From Bryobacterales bacterium (GTDB taxonomy: Bacteria > Acidobacteriota > Terriglobia > Bryobacterales > UBA6623): a stretch of 64,000 bases of DNA. Position 1 is the stretch's first letter. Every line of letters starts with the position of its first letter. Below, piece after piece: positions 10,062 to 19,834 of the stretch. The stretch spans positions 512,001-576,000 of the forward strand of contig OY729428.2 in the NCBI GenBank assembly GCA_963422375.2. The letters are read 5' to 3'. Position numbers and translations under genes: made by a program. Below the pieces are notes generated by a model. That model did no database searches. It worked only from the letters and a program-made list of their open reading frames with translations, and was not told the DNA's origin.

Positions 10062-10617
10062 GCCGAGCATCCCCTTGCGCGGGAAATCGCCATCGCGGAG
10101 GCTGGATGCCCGCGAGCCGGAGGTACACTACCGCCGACCCGCGGTGGTGCGCCGAATGCATGTACGCCCGGAGGAAGACGTCCTGCGCCGTATGGACGGG
10201 CGTCCGGCCCATGTCGATGTCGCGCCGGACGAAGTCATTCTCGGTGAGTTCGGAAAGCACCGCGGCAACGTAGTCGTAGGACTCGACCAAGTAGGCCCGC
10301 AACGTGGCCGGATTGATTTCCTCCGCAGGCCGGGGCAGCGGCGTGAGCTTGCCGAAGTCCTTGAAGTAGCTGATATTCGAGCGAATGTAGTGAGCGACCT
10401 GCTCGGCAAAGCTGCGTTGTTCGGGCGTCGGCCTCAACTGGAAATGCTCCGCCGGCATCGCCTCGAGAATCTCGAGAGAGTACTGCTTCTCGACCTCCCA
10501 GTGCGCGAGAAAGTCGTCCCGCAGCCGACGCGCGAAGCTGTTGCTCCAAGCGGATGGGGCCGCGGCGGAGGAAGCGGCGGTCGCGGCGAGGCCGCCGATT
10601 ACCTTGCGTCGGTGCAT
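10051..10617 (-). CDS. DinB-family protein with Tat-like leader
   Basis: 'EAMPAEHFQLRPTPEQRSFAEQVAH' and 'HSAHHRG..VVYLRLAGIQPP' His motif. Confidence 0.88.
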   Translation of the reverse strand: MHRRKVIGGLAATAASSAAAPSAWSNSFARRLRDDFLAHWEVEKQYSLEILEAMPAEHFQLRPTPEQRSFAEQVAHYIRSNISYFKDFGKLTPLPRPAEEINPATLRAYLVESYDYVAAVLSELTENDFVRRDIDMGRTPVHTAQDVFLRAYMHSAHHRGSAVVYLRLAGIQPPRWRFPAQGDARQPR

Positions 10618-10815
10618 GCTGCACGCATCGTAACAACTCGATCCTTCGGCCGCCGGCGGCTCGGGCTAGCGTCGACCGGCCAGCCCGGTCCCGCCCGATT
10701 CCGGGCGAGAGGTCGTCGATTCGCTGCGTAGCAGCATCGGAGGGCTGGTCTTCGATGCGACGGCCGCTCGAATCCGTGCGACTGCCGGTCGCGAGCGCTT
10801 TGCTACGTTGATGCC

Positions 10816-11997
10816 GTGAGACCGCTGCCAGCCGCGCTCGTCGCAATCGCCGCCCTAGCCTGCGCGCCTTCCTCCGAGCAAGCTTCCGAAGGAGGTGCCC
10901 GGGCCGTCTCCCCGAGGACCGTGTTCGGGGACGACCGAGGCCAGACCCTGGCGGTCCTGGCGGGGAAGACGCTGTACCTGAGCGGAGTGGGCCCCTCGGA
11001 TATCCGGGCCGAGATCGGAGATCAGACCCGCTCGGCCATGGACCGCCTAGGGGAGATCCTGGCCCGGGCCGAGCTCGACCATTCGCACTTGGTGAGCTGT
11101 CACGTCCACCTAGCGGACATGGACAGCTACTCTGGCATGAACTCCGTCTACGGCTCGTATTTCGAGGAAGGCAGCTATCCCGCTCGCACCACGATTGAGA
11201 TGCCGGGCCTGCCGGACGGGGCGGGCGTGCTCCTGATGTGCGTCGCGTACGCCGACCCCGCCGGGATCGCGGTAGTCCGCCCGCCGAGCGAAGAGATCCC
11301 GCCGGCCATGGGACCCTATTCGCCCGCTGTCAGGGCGGGAGCCACGGTCTACCTGTCGGGCCAGGGCGGGCGCGATCCGGTCACGGGAACCATTGCCGAG
11401 TCCACCCCGGGTCAAGCCGAGCAGACTCTCCGTACGATCGGCGCGATCCTTGGCGCAGCTGATCTAGGCTATGACAACGCCGTCCTAGGCAACTCCTACG
11501 TGCCGCCGTCAGCCGACGTTGCGGCCGTTCAGGCGGCGTTCGAGTCCGTCTTCAGCCCGGGCGGCGCGCCAAGCGGCTCGACCGTGGCCCTCTCGCGCCT
11601 GCCGGGGGACATCCTAGTCGAAATCACGTTCGTGGCTACCAGCGACAGGTATGTCACGCGGCTGTTCATGCACGACCAGCCCCCCAGCGGCGCGTCCAGC
11701 CCGGTGTCCCTGACCGGAGGCGTCGCCTACACCAGCGCGACGCCCGGAACGGGCGAGACCTTCCGCGAGCAATTCGAGAGCGCGGCAAGCGCGCAGGCCT
11801 CGGCGCTGAACCTAGCCATTCTGGGTCTTCCCAACGCGGTCCGGGTCATCGCGTACCTGAGCGATATGGAGAACCTGAGCGAGCTGCGCGAGCTGATGGC
11901 CGAGACCTTCCCCGTGGACCCGCCGGCCCTGACGGCGGTCCAGACTCGCGCGGACGGGGGCTCCCTAGTTGCGCTGGAAATGATCGCCGTGCAGTGA
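10816..11997 (+). CDS. Lipoprotein with three tandem Rid (YjgF/YER057c/UK114) domains
   Basis: Lipobox 'AALAC'; repeated 'LYLSG..', 'MNSVYGSYF...PARTT', 'GPYSPAVRAGATVYLSGQ', 'LVALEMIAV'. Confidence 0.8.
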   Translation: MRPLPAALVAIAALACAPSSEQASEGGARAVSPRTVFGDDRGQTLAVLAGKTLYLSGVGPSDIRAEIGDQTRSAMDRLGEILARAELDHSHLVSCHVHLADMDSYSGMNSVYGSYFEEGSYPARTTIEMPGLPDGAGVLLMCVAYADPAGIAVVRPPSEEIPPAMGPYSPAVRAGATVYLSGQGGRDPVTGTIAESTPGQAEQTLRTIGAILGAADLGYDNAVLGNSYVPPSADVAAVQAAFESVFSPGGAPSGSTVALSRLPGDILVEITFVATSDRYVTRLFMHDQPPSGASSPVSLTGGVAYTSATPGTGETFREQFESAASAQASALNLAILGLPNAVRVIAYLSDMENLSELRELMAETFPVDPPALTAVQTRADGGSLVALEMIAVQ

Positions 11998-12036
11998 GCT
12001 CGTGCCGCCGGACCGGCCGGAAACCGGCTTGTTAGC

Positions 12037-13098
12037 ATGGAGAGCTTAATGCATCCTACCGCCCAGAAGGAAGCTCTTCTAAACCAACCGACACAGCCGT
12101 TCCAGATTAGCAGCGACAACTCGGCCTCTTCCCTGCTCGAGAAAATGGCCCAGACCGGCTTCCAGGGCCGCCAGCTTGGCGAAGCGTTCGACGTCTGGAA
12201 GGAGATGCTGGCCGACCCCGAATGCACCATTCTGATGGGAGTATCGGGGGCCATGGTACCCGCCGGCATGCGCCGGGTAGTGCGGTTCATGGTCGAGAAT
12301 CGCCTGATCGACATCCTGACCTCGACCGGGGCGAACTTCTTCCACGACATTCACGAGAGCAGGGGATTCCGTCACTACCAAGGCTCGCCGGACATGGACG
12401 ACGAGGCGCTGGGCGAGGTGATGGTGGACCGGATGTACGACGTGCTCGCGGACGAGGTGCGGTTCCGCGAGCACGACCTCTGGATCGGCAGCTTCGCCTC
12501 GCGCCTAGACCAGACCCGGCCCTACACGACCCGGGAGTTCCTGTATCTCCTAGGGCAGGAGGTGGGCCGTGACTGCGCCGAGGACGGAATCGTCACCTCG
12601 GCGGCCAAATGCGGCGTGCCTCTCTTTTGCCCCGCCATCGGGGACAGCTCCATCGGCATCGGCGTGGCGGAGAGCCGCCATCGCGGAGAGAACAGGCTGA
12701 TGTTCGACATGATGGCCGACGTGCTCGAGATCACCAGCGCCGTGGCCGACTCGAAGGCCACCGGCGTGATCTACTTCGGCGGGGGCACTCCGAAGAACTA
12801 CACTCAGCAGTCGGAGGTGGTCGCCATCCTGATGGACCGGGGCAAGAGCGGGCATCGCTACGGCCTGCAGATCGTAACCGACGCGCCGCACTGGGGCGGG
12901 CTCTCCGGCTGCACGCTGGCCGAGTCACAGAGCTGGGGCAAGATCGCCAAGGGAGCCAGAATGGTGGACTGCCATTGCGATTCGACGATCGCAATGCCCC
13001 TGCTGGTTTCGGCGCTGGCCGAACAGAAGGACCTGATCGCAAACCGCCGACCGCCGGGATTCGACATGGGCCGGGTCCTGCGCCTCCGGCTGCCCTGA
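12037..13098 (+). CDS. Deoxyhypusine synthase-like protein (probable homospermidine synthesis)
   Basis: 'GFQGRQLG', 'SGAMVPAGMR', 'STGAN', 'FCPAIGDSSIG', 'GGGTPKN', 'WGGLSGCTLAESQSWGKI', 'DSTIAMPL'. Confidence 0.9.
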   Translation: MESLMHPTAQKEALLNQPTQPFQISSDNSASSLLEKMAQTGFQGRQLGEAFDVWKEMLADPECTILMGVSGAMVPAGMRRVVRFMVENRLIDILTSTGANFFHDIHESRGFRHYQGSPDMDDEALGEVMVDRMYDVLADEVRFREHDLWIGSFASRLDQTRPYTTREFLYLLGQEVGRDCAEDGIVTSAAKCGVPLFCPAIGDSSIGIGVAESRHRGENRLMFDMMADVLEITSAVADSKATGVIYFGGGTPKNYTQQSEVVAILMDRGKSGHRYGLQIVTDAPHWGGLSGCTLAESQSWGKIAKGARMVDCHCDSTIAMPLLVSALAEQKDLIANRRPPGFDMGRVLRLRLP

Positions 13099-13110
13099 GT
13101 GCGCGACGGG

Positions 13111-16100
13111 CTAGCGCAGCCGGCTCAGGTATTCCACGAGATCGATCAGTTCGTCGACGCTCATCTGCTCCTGCAGGTCGTCGGGCATGGCAGAGACCGC
13201 GGACAAGCGCCGTTCGAGGATCTCGGCCTTCGCGAAATCGGCGACGACACCGCCCTCCATGCGCAGCGTCACGGAATCGCCGGTCTCGTCGATCACGAAT
13301 CCGGAGACCTCGTCGCGGCCGCGGACCGAGAGCAGCGTCAGGTCGAAGGTCGGCGACACCCCCGCGCTCGGGTCGAGGATCGATTCGTAGATCCCTGCCT
13401 TCGGCAGCTTGTTCCCGATCTTCGACAGTTCCGGGCCGAAGTTCGTGCCCGACCCGTTGACGACGTGGCAGTCGCCGCAGGTCGCGCTCTCGAAGACCTC
13501 GGCGCCATTCTCCGTGTCGCCGACGTAGACGAGGAGCTCCGTCATTTGAGGCAGCGGCTCGCGGTTCCGCATCGGAGGGATGGGGAAGTACTTGGCCGCC
13601 TCGTCGCGCAAGCGGACGTGCATCGAGCGGGTAAGCGACGCGCCCGCGACCTCGGCGATGTCCGGCGGGAACTCGCCGCGCCGCGCCAAGGCCACCAGCG
13701 CTTCCGCGCCCTGGCTGAAGCCCGCCAGCGAGCGCGCGGCGCGGTCCCGGACCGGCGGGGGCAGCCCCACGTCTAGCAGCACGCTTCGCAGCAGGGGAAC
13801 CGACTCCTCGGTGCGCGCGTTCCCGACGGCCTTGACAACGCCCGCCGCAAGTTCGGGCTCGGACCGCACGAACTCCAAGATGGCCGGACCCATGTCGGCC
13901 TCCAAGAGGGTACGGATCGATGCCATCCCGACGGAGCTGTCCATGTTGCGCGCCGCCGCTTCGATGAGCGACGGGTAATGCGCGGCCAGCTCGTACCGGG
14001 AAACGAGCCTGGCGAACTGGGCGGTGGCCTCGCCACGAGCGAGAAGATCCTCGACGGATCTGCGGGCGGACGGATCGGATTCCAAGTCGAGTTTCGGCAG
14101 GCGCAGCAGGGCCTCGGCTGCGACGAAGAAGTCCTTGGGCCGGCCGTCGGCCGGGGGCGCGAGCGCCAGTCGACGCAGGACTCGCTCCTTCGCGAGACTC
14201 TGGGGCTGGAAGTCGAAGGCGCGCAAGTAGCGCGCCGCCGCGGCCTCGTTCCCGCGCATATCGGTGCTGCGCAGGATTCTGGACAGGTAGGCCGGCGTGA
14301 CGGACCCGCGAGAGCGCCAGATAACGTCGCGGCCGGAGGCCGAGCTCCAATCGGCGCCGGCCGTCGCCAGCCACTTCGCGAGGCAGGCGTCCCAGTTTCC
14401 GTCCGCACCTATTCCCAAGGCCTCCAAGGACCACCGGTCGCCGGCAACGTGCTGGTTCGCGAGCTTGGCCCACAGCTCCGCCGCACGCGGGGAGGACAGG
14501 TCCCTCAGCGCGATCGCGCACTCGCGCCGTACGTGAGGCGACGGGTCCGAGGCGAGCGCCTCGATGACCGGCAGCAGGTTCATTCCGCGTCGGCGGGTCG
14601 CGCGAAGGCCAACGATCCGAATGTCCTCGTCGCCGTCCGCGAGAGCCTCGCGCACGTAATCCGGCCCGCGCTCGGGGAGCCGAGCCAGCAGCCAGAGCGC
14701 TCTGGCCCGGTGCCGAACTTCGGCACCTTCCCGGAACAGCCGGGCCAGCAGCGCCTCGGCCTCTCGCCGCGCATCGTCGAGGAACGTCCAAGCTAGGTAG
14801 CGAACGGCGTAGTTCGGGCTCTTCAAGGCCTCGACGGCGCCTTCCGCGGTCTCGAATTCGTGCCGCGGCGGGCGGTAGCTGTGCCCGGCCGGAGCGATGC
14901 GGAAGATCCGGCCCCTCCCGGTGTCCTCCTGCCGGTTCCAACCGATGACGGGGTCGTACCAGTCGCTCACGAAGACCGAGCCGTCGGGCGCCACGGCGAC
15001 ATCGACCGGCCGCACCCACTTGTCCCGCTCTGCCTTGAGAAGGTCCACCATGCTGGCCGAGTACCCTGCCCCGCGCTTCTCGGCGAGGATTCCCCTGAGC
15101 ACGCCCGGGCCGGCGTCGGTCGCGAGGATCTGGTCCCAGAACTCCCGCGGCAGCAGCCTTCCCTCGTATGAGGTGACTCCGGTCGGGGAGCCCGCGCCGG
15201 TGATCAGGAGGTTCGGCACGACGCCCGGATCGTTCTGATGCCAGTGGCGATGAGGGATCTCCTCGTGCTGGCCGGTGCGCTCGGCTTGGTTGCTCGCGCC
15301 CGTCATTTGATCGCGGTAGCCGTAGTTGCCGTGCTCGAGCAGATAGTTGATGCGACAGGCGTAGCTTCCGTCGTCGTCGTTGTCGGACTGCCAAACGCCG
15401 CCCAGCGAGTCGACCGCCACTTCGTAGTTGTTGCGGAAGTTGTGGCCCAGCACCTCCATGCCCGTTCCGTCGAAGTCGCAGCGGAACGCCATGCCGCCTT
15501 GGTAGGGGCTCGCCAGGCCGGCGAGCTTGAGCGCGAACTCCGGCCAGTCCCCGTCCGGGTTGTCACGCACGGCCCGCGCGAAGTTCCGGTCTAGCACCGG
15601 GTGCCCGGTCCCGTCCCTCGCGAGCCGCCCGTCCCTGTCGTGGACATAGCGACCGGCGTTGCCCATGTTCCAGTAGAAGCTCCCGTCCGGCCCGAAGGAC
15701 AGCGAGTGGGTCGAGTGGTCGTTCTGCGGGGCGCCGGAATTGACGAACAGGTACTCCTTGCGATCCGGTCGGTCGTCGCCGTCCTCGTCCGTGAACACCA
15801 GCACGTTGGGTGCGGCCGTCACGATCACCTGGTTCCCCAGGACTGCGATTCCGAGCGCAGCGTCCACGTCGCGACCTTGGTAGTAGACCTTGGAGGAGTC
15901 GGCCGCTCCGTCCGCGTCGGTGTCCTCGAGAATGAGAATGCGGTCGCCCTCGGGACGCTCGTCGTTGCGCGCGTGCTCGCGATAGTTCACGACGTCGCAG
16001 GCCCAGACCCGTCCGCGGTGGTCGATGTCGATGTTGGTGGGATTCGACAGGGCCGGCTCGGCTGCGAACAGGGTCGCCTCCAAGCCCGGATACAGGTCGA

Positions 16101-16227
16101 GACTCGCTACTGCCCGGCCGGAATCGCGACGGTCCTCGGCGGACGGCGAGCACGCGAGACACGCCGCGAGCAGCCCGGCGGCGAGAGCCGGACCGTACGC
16201 GGGGCGGAACGCAGTCATCTGGAGCAT
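13111..16227 (-). CDS. PVC-type heme-binding CxxCH protein (dehydrogenase-like beta-propeller, HEAT repeats, cytochrome c)
   Basis: 'LFAAEPALSNPTNIDIDHRGRVW', 'DRILILEDTDADGAAD', 'GHNFRNNYE', 'RPVDVAVAPDGSVFVSDWYD', C-terminal 'CGDCH...GPELSKIG'; lipobox-like 'CLAC'. Start 16227 or 16218, not 16743. Confidence 0.88.
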   Translation of the reverse strand: MLQMTAFRPAYGPALAAGLLAACLACSPSAEDRRDSGRAVASLDLYPGLEATLFAAEPALSNPTNIDIDHRGRVWACDVVNYREHARNDERPEGDRILILEDTDADGAADSSKVYYQGRDVDAALGIAVLGNQVIVTAAPNVLVFTDEDGDDRPDRKEYLFVNSGAPQNDHSTHSLSFGPDGSFYWNMGNAGRYVHDRDGRLARDGTGHPVLDRNFARAVRDNPDGDWPEFALKLAGLASPYQGGMAFRCDFDGTGMEVLGHNFRNNYEVAVDSLGGVWQSDNDDDGSYACRINYLLEHGNYGYRDQMTGASNQAERTGQHEEIPHRHWHQNDPGVVPNLLITGAGSPTGVTSYEGRLLPREFWDQILATDAGPGVLRGILAEKRGAGYSASMVDLLKAERDKWVRPVDVAVAPDGSVFVSDWYDPVIGWNRQEDTGRGRIFRIAPAGHSYRPPRHEFETAEGAVEALKSPNYAVRYLAWTFLDDARREAEALLARLFREGAEVRHRARALWLLARLPERGPDYVREALADGDEDIRIVGLRATRRRGMNLLPVIEALASDPSPHVRRECAIALRDLSSPRAAELWAKLANQHVAGDRWSLEALGIGADGNWDACLAKWLATAGADWSSASGRDVIWRSRGSVTPAYLSRILRSTDMRGNEAAAARYLRAFDFQPQSLAKERVLRRLALAPPADGRPKDFFVAAEALLRLPKLDLESDPSARRSVEDLLARGEATAQFARLVSRYELAAHYPSLIEAAARNMDSSVGMASIRTLLEADMGPAILEFVRSEPELAAGVVKAVGNARTEESVPLLRSVLLDVGLPPPVRDRAARSLAGFSQGAEALVALARRGEFPPDIAEVAGASLTRSMHVRLRDEAAKYFPIPPMRNREPLPQMTELLVYVGDTENGAEVFESATCGDCHVVNGSGTNFGPELSKIGNKLPKAGIYESILDPSAGVSPTFDLTLLSVRGRDEVSGFVIDETGDSVTLRMEGGVVADFAKAEILERRLSAVSAMPDDLQEQMSVDELIDLVEYLSRLR

Positions 16228-16409
16228 CGGGCCGGGACGGGCGGCGAGCGAGCGAGCCTTGCGGGCAGGCCGAGCGGCCCGCCGACCAAGGACACTACCG
16301 GACCGCTCGCTCGCGGCAGCCAAGCGAGCGAGGGTCTGAATCACCGGACCCGGAACACCGCGGCTTCCGACGAGGAACTCGCGGGAAGCGCGACGGGGCG
16401 GCAGCATCC

Positions 16410-17477
16410 CTACCTCAGCCACTCGTAGAGGGCCTCGGCCACGTCGTCTGTGTCGTCGAGGTGCGGGTAGGCCCGGCAAACCCGGTCGATCTCGTCCAGC
16501 TGGCCCGGGGAGAGCCCCTCGTTCTCGTCCAGGCACCAAATGCCCTCCAACAGGCCCTGTCTGCGCAGCACCTCGTGGATGCCCGGGATGCAGCCCGCGA
16601 AGCCGTTGCGGGCGTCGAACACGGCGGCGTTCGCGTCGGTCACCTGGAGACCGAGATCCAGCAACTGGACGACATCCCCCTCTATCCGCTGGTCGCGCAA
16701 GGCGACCGAGCGACTCCAGCAATTGCATGCGTAGCGCGTCCACATTGCCCAGTGCCCGAGCAATCCGCCCGCGAAACGGACATCCATCCCGCGATGGGAG
16801 AACTTGGTCAGCAAATCGACCACGATGCTGTCGTCATTGCCGGTATACAGAGCGATCTCCCGGGCGCGACCCGAGTCGCACACCGCGCGCATGACATCGA
16901 GCGTCCGGTAGCGGTCGAACGGTGCGACCTTGATGGCCATCACGTTTTCGATCCGGCAGAATTCGCGCCAGAAGTCGTAAGACAGCGGCACGCCCCCGAC
17001 GGCCGGCTGCAAGTAGAAGCCCATCAGGGGCATGACCTGGGACACGGCCCGGGCGCGATCCAGCAAGGCGCGCGTGTCCGCGCCCTCGAAGCCCGCGTAG
17101 CCCAGCAGCCCGAGATGGTAGCCGAGGCGGACCGCGGTTTCCGCTTCGGCCACGGCCTGCTCGGTCCGGCCCAGAAGGCCGGCCACGCGGATCATCGGTC
17201 CTCCACCCAGCCGCCCGGACTCGTTGAGCGTCTCCGCGGCGAGCGCGAGCACGGGCTCGTACAGTCCCACCGCAGGATCGCGGATCGCGAACTGCGTCGT
17301 ATGCACCCCGACAGCGACGCCGCCCGCCCCGGCCCACCGGTAGTAGCGCGTGAGGGCGCGCTGCCTGCGCTCGTCGAGACGCCGCCGGGCGTCCAGCGCC
17401 AGGGGATGGGCAGGAATGACGGCGCCGGACCGCAGGGCCTGCGCGACCTCGGGGTCCAGCTCGGGCAGCACTCCCAC
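16410..17477 (-). CDS. Dihydrodipicolinate synthase-like (class I aldolase) family protein
   Basis: 'VIPAHPLALD', 'GGVAVGVHTTQF', 'GFYLQPAVGG', 'AIKVAPF' (Schiff-base Lys), 'LYTGNDD'. Confidence 0.85.
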   Translation of the reverse strand: MGVLPELDPEVAQALRSGAVIPAHPLALDARRRLDERRQRALTRYYRWAGAGGVAVGVHTTQFAIRDPAVGLYEPVLALAAETLNESGRLGGGPMIRVAGLLGRTEQAVAEAETAVRLGYHLGLLGYAGFEGADTRALLDRARAVSQVMPLMGFYLQPAVGGVPLSYDFWREFCRIENVMAIKVAPFDRYRTLDVMRAVCDSGRAREIALYTGNDDSIVVDLLTKFSHRGMDVRFAGGLLGHWAMWTRYACNCWSRSVALRDQRIEGDVVQLLDLGLQVTDANAAVFDARNGFAGCIPGIHEVLRRQGLLEGIWCLDENEGLSPGQLDEIDRVCRAYPHLDDTDDVAEALYEWLR

Positions 17478-17512
17478 CGGCTAGCGACCGTCCGGCTCCG
17501 TCTGCCCGCGGC

Positions 17513-18073
17513 TCACGCCGTCGGCCGGACGGACAGAGCCGTGCCGGTCAGGCGCGCGACGATCTCCGACGCGGCCGCCCCGGCCCGGGCCTCGATCTCC
17601 GACGGGAGCCGATCCTGAATGGGATGCGGCACGTAGACCGCGTCCAAGTCGGCACGGCCCAAGGCCGCCGCCTGCGCGCGGGCGGCCGAGCGGAAGACGT
17701 CGGTGGCGACCGCTACCGCGGGGATGCCGGCGTTCTCGATGCGAACCGTGTCGTGCAAACTGCACGTCGTGCAGGACCCTCAATCGGCAAGCGCCTCCAC
17801 GATGGCGTGCGGCTGCGCCTTGCGCATGTCGGCCAGAACGCCTTCGGGCGCGGGCTTGGCGAAGGTCGGCTTGCGGAAGCGCAGGACCTCGGCCACTCCG
17901 AACCGCTGTTCGAGCAGGGCCCCGAGGCGATCCAAGAACACCGAGCCCCCCGGCTTGCTGATGTCGAGCAGGGCAACGCGCTTGCCCCGCAGCGTGGCCA
18001 GCCGCGGCGGCGCCGCGACCGTCGGCGGCACCCGCTCGTCCATGGGGTTGACTAGCGTGGCGGCCACTTCCAT
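17513..18073 (-). CDS. UGSC-family selenoprotein (in-frame UGA at 17780-17782 read as Sec), 186 aa
   Basis: ORFs 17780..18106 and 17513..17758 are in the same frame; reading through TGA gives 'EALAD-U-GSCTTCSLHDTVRIENAGIPAVAV', the UGSC motif, in one continuous protein. Confidence 0.88.
17745..17779 (-). promoter_or_regulatory. Candidate bacterial SECIS hairpin
   Basis: 3' of the UGA: GGGUCCUGCACGA-CGUGCA-GUU-UGCACG-AC, a stem-loop with loop G about 20 nt after the UGA; an alternative CUGCAC/GUGCAG stem is also possible. Confidence 0.5.
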
Positions 18074-18128
18074 ATCCCTCCGATCCAATCCGGCGGTCGC
18101 CAGCATAGCAGCGCCGCTCGCGCCGGCG

Positions 18129-19697
18129 TCACTCGAATTCCATGCACACCATCTGGCTGCCCCGCGGGCCGGGCGCCCAGGAACCCAGGACTGCGGAGAA
18201 CTTGCCGGCCGGGCCGCCGGCCACCATCACGCGAATCGACTCGGGCCGCCGGAACTTGCGGTAGCAGCGCACGCCCCGGATCGTGCATTCCTCGTAGCGG
18301 GCGGCCTCGTGCGTGCCCTCCCCGCCGTCGCCGTCGTACTCGCCGAGCGGGACGCCGGTGTTCTCGTAGAGAAACTCCACCACGTCGCGCTTGCCGAAGC
18401 CGCTCCGGTCCAAGGTCGCGGCATGCTCCGGGCCGATCACCACCAGCGCTTCCTGCCGCCCGCAGACGCGATAGCTCCACAGGTTCGCCAGCACCGGGCA
18501 AATCGAGCGCAGCAGCACGGCTGCCGAGCGCGCCTTGTGCTCGCTGACGGGCCTCGGCGGCTCGGCGCAGTAGAACGTCACGGCGTTGCGGCCGCGCCCG
18601 ACGCCGAAGTCTTCCGCCAGCGGCCCCCACGGGCTGGCCTCCTCGTTTTCGCCGATCACGTAGCTGAAGCGTCCGGGGTTGCCCATCGTGGACATGTCGA
18701 TCCGGCCCGGAGCCGCCCCGCCGAGATTGCGGAGGACGAGCTGCAGGGCGCGGCCGACGGTCGAGTTCGCCCTGGCAGCGTTCGAGAACACGTTGCTCCC
18801 GCAGGCGAACCCGAGCTCGCCCCGGACGGGTCCGTTGACGACCGCCAGCGGCGCGGCGAAATGGGTCGTGCCCTGGACGCCGTGGATGTCGAGGCGCTCG
18901 TCGCACAGCGCTCGCACGGAAGGCACCAGGACCCGCATGTACTCGGGCCGGCATCCCGCCATCACCGCGTTCGCCGCGACCTTCTCCACGCTGGCCGGAG
19001 CGTAGTTGGGCGGGACGTGCGCCACGACCTCGTCCGGCCGAAGGCCGCTGGCCGCGATCATGCGCTCGACGCGGGCTACCGTCGGCGGAACGACCGGCAG
19101 GGGATCCGCGAAGCCTTGGTCGTAGCAGAACTCCTCGGGATCCAGCCCGTCCGGCACCCGCACGCGCGACGCCCGCAGCCCCCGCCGGGCATACAGCTCG
19201 ACGGCAGGCGCTTCGGCCCCGTCCGACGGAGGCTCCAAGTGGCGCGATACGCAGCCCGGCTGGAAGTCCGGATTGCCGTCCCCGGAGGGCACGGGCTCCG
19301 GCGCGGGCGCGCCCGACAGCTCCCCGAGCGCGGCGGCCAGGCGGTTCAGGTCCGCCTTGTCGAAGCCCTGAGAACTCGCGGCGACCCGCCCGGCGCGGTC
19401 AATCAGGAAGAGAGCCGGCACGGCCTCCAAGCCGCAGGCGACGCTCGCGGCAAGGCCGTCGTCGAGCCAGACCGGCAGCTGCAGTCCGAGCGACCGCGCC
19501 AGAGCGTCGGTTCCGGCCGAGTCGTCCTGCGACACCGCGGCCACGGTCGGCCCGCCCCGGAAGTGGCCGTACAACCCGTCCAGGTAGCGCAGGGCCAGAT
19601 GGCAGGCCGGGCAGTCGGTCTTGAAGAAGGCCACGAGCGCCGGGCCGTCGAGGACACGGCTCGCTATCTCCGACGCGATTTCCCCTGTGCGCAGCAT
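18129..19697 (-). CDS. Redoxin (AhpC/TSA-like, CxxC) domain fused to a UGSC-associated domain
   Basis: N-terminal 'LVAFFKTDCPAC...VSQD...LPVWLD....S....LEAVPALFLID', linker 'FQPGCVSRH', then 'DPLPVVPPTVARVERMI...EKVAANAVMAGCRPEY..V', 'RANSTVGRALQL', 'GNPGRF....ENEEASPW'. Confidence 0.75.
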   Translation of the reverse strand: MLRTGEIASEIASRVLDGPALVAFFKTDCPACHLALRYLDGLYGHFRGGPTVAAVSQDDSAGTDALARSLGLQLPVWLDDGLAASVACGLEAVPALFLIDRAGRVAASSQGFDKADLNRLAAALGELSGAPAPEPVPSGDGNPDFQPGCVSRHLEPPSDGAEAPAVELYARRGLRASRVRVPDGLDPEEFCYDQGFADPLPVVPPTVARVERMIAASGLRPDEVVAHVPPNYAPASVEKVAANAVMAGCRPEYMRVLVPSVRALCDERLDIHGVQGTTHFAAPLAVVNGPVRGELGFACGSNVFSNAARANSTVGRALQLVLRNLGGAAPGRIDMSTMGNPGRFSYVIGENEEASPWGPLAEDFGVGRGRNAVTFYCAEPPRPVSEHKARSAAVLLRSICPVLANLWSYRVCGRQEALVVIGPEHAATLDRSGFGKRDVVEFLYENTGVPLGEYDGDGGEGTHEAARYEECTIRGVRCYRKFRRPESIRVMVAGGPAGKFSAVLGSWAPGPRGSQMVCMEFE

Positions 19698-19834
19698 CGA
19701 TTCCTCGGCGGCGGCCCACTCGCGACGGGCCGTCGGAAGCGCCCGGCCGGGCGCTCGCGAGCCGCCCCGGGGCGGCTGCCGGCCGAATGGTAGAATACAG
19801 AATATCAGCGAGGCGCAGAACCCTCCCGCCCGCG

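Noticed and set aside
16228..16743. N-terminal extension of the 1210-aa heme protein ORF
   Set aside because: It overlaps the DHDPS-like gene in another frame; the signal peptide begins near 16227/16218.
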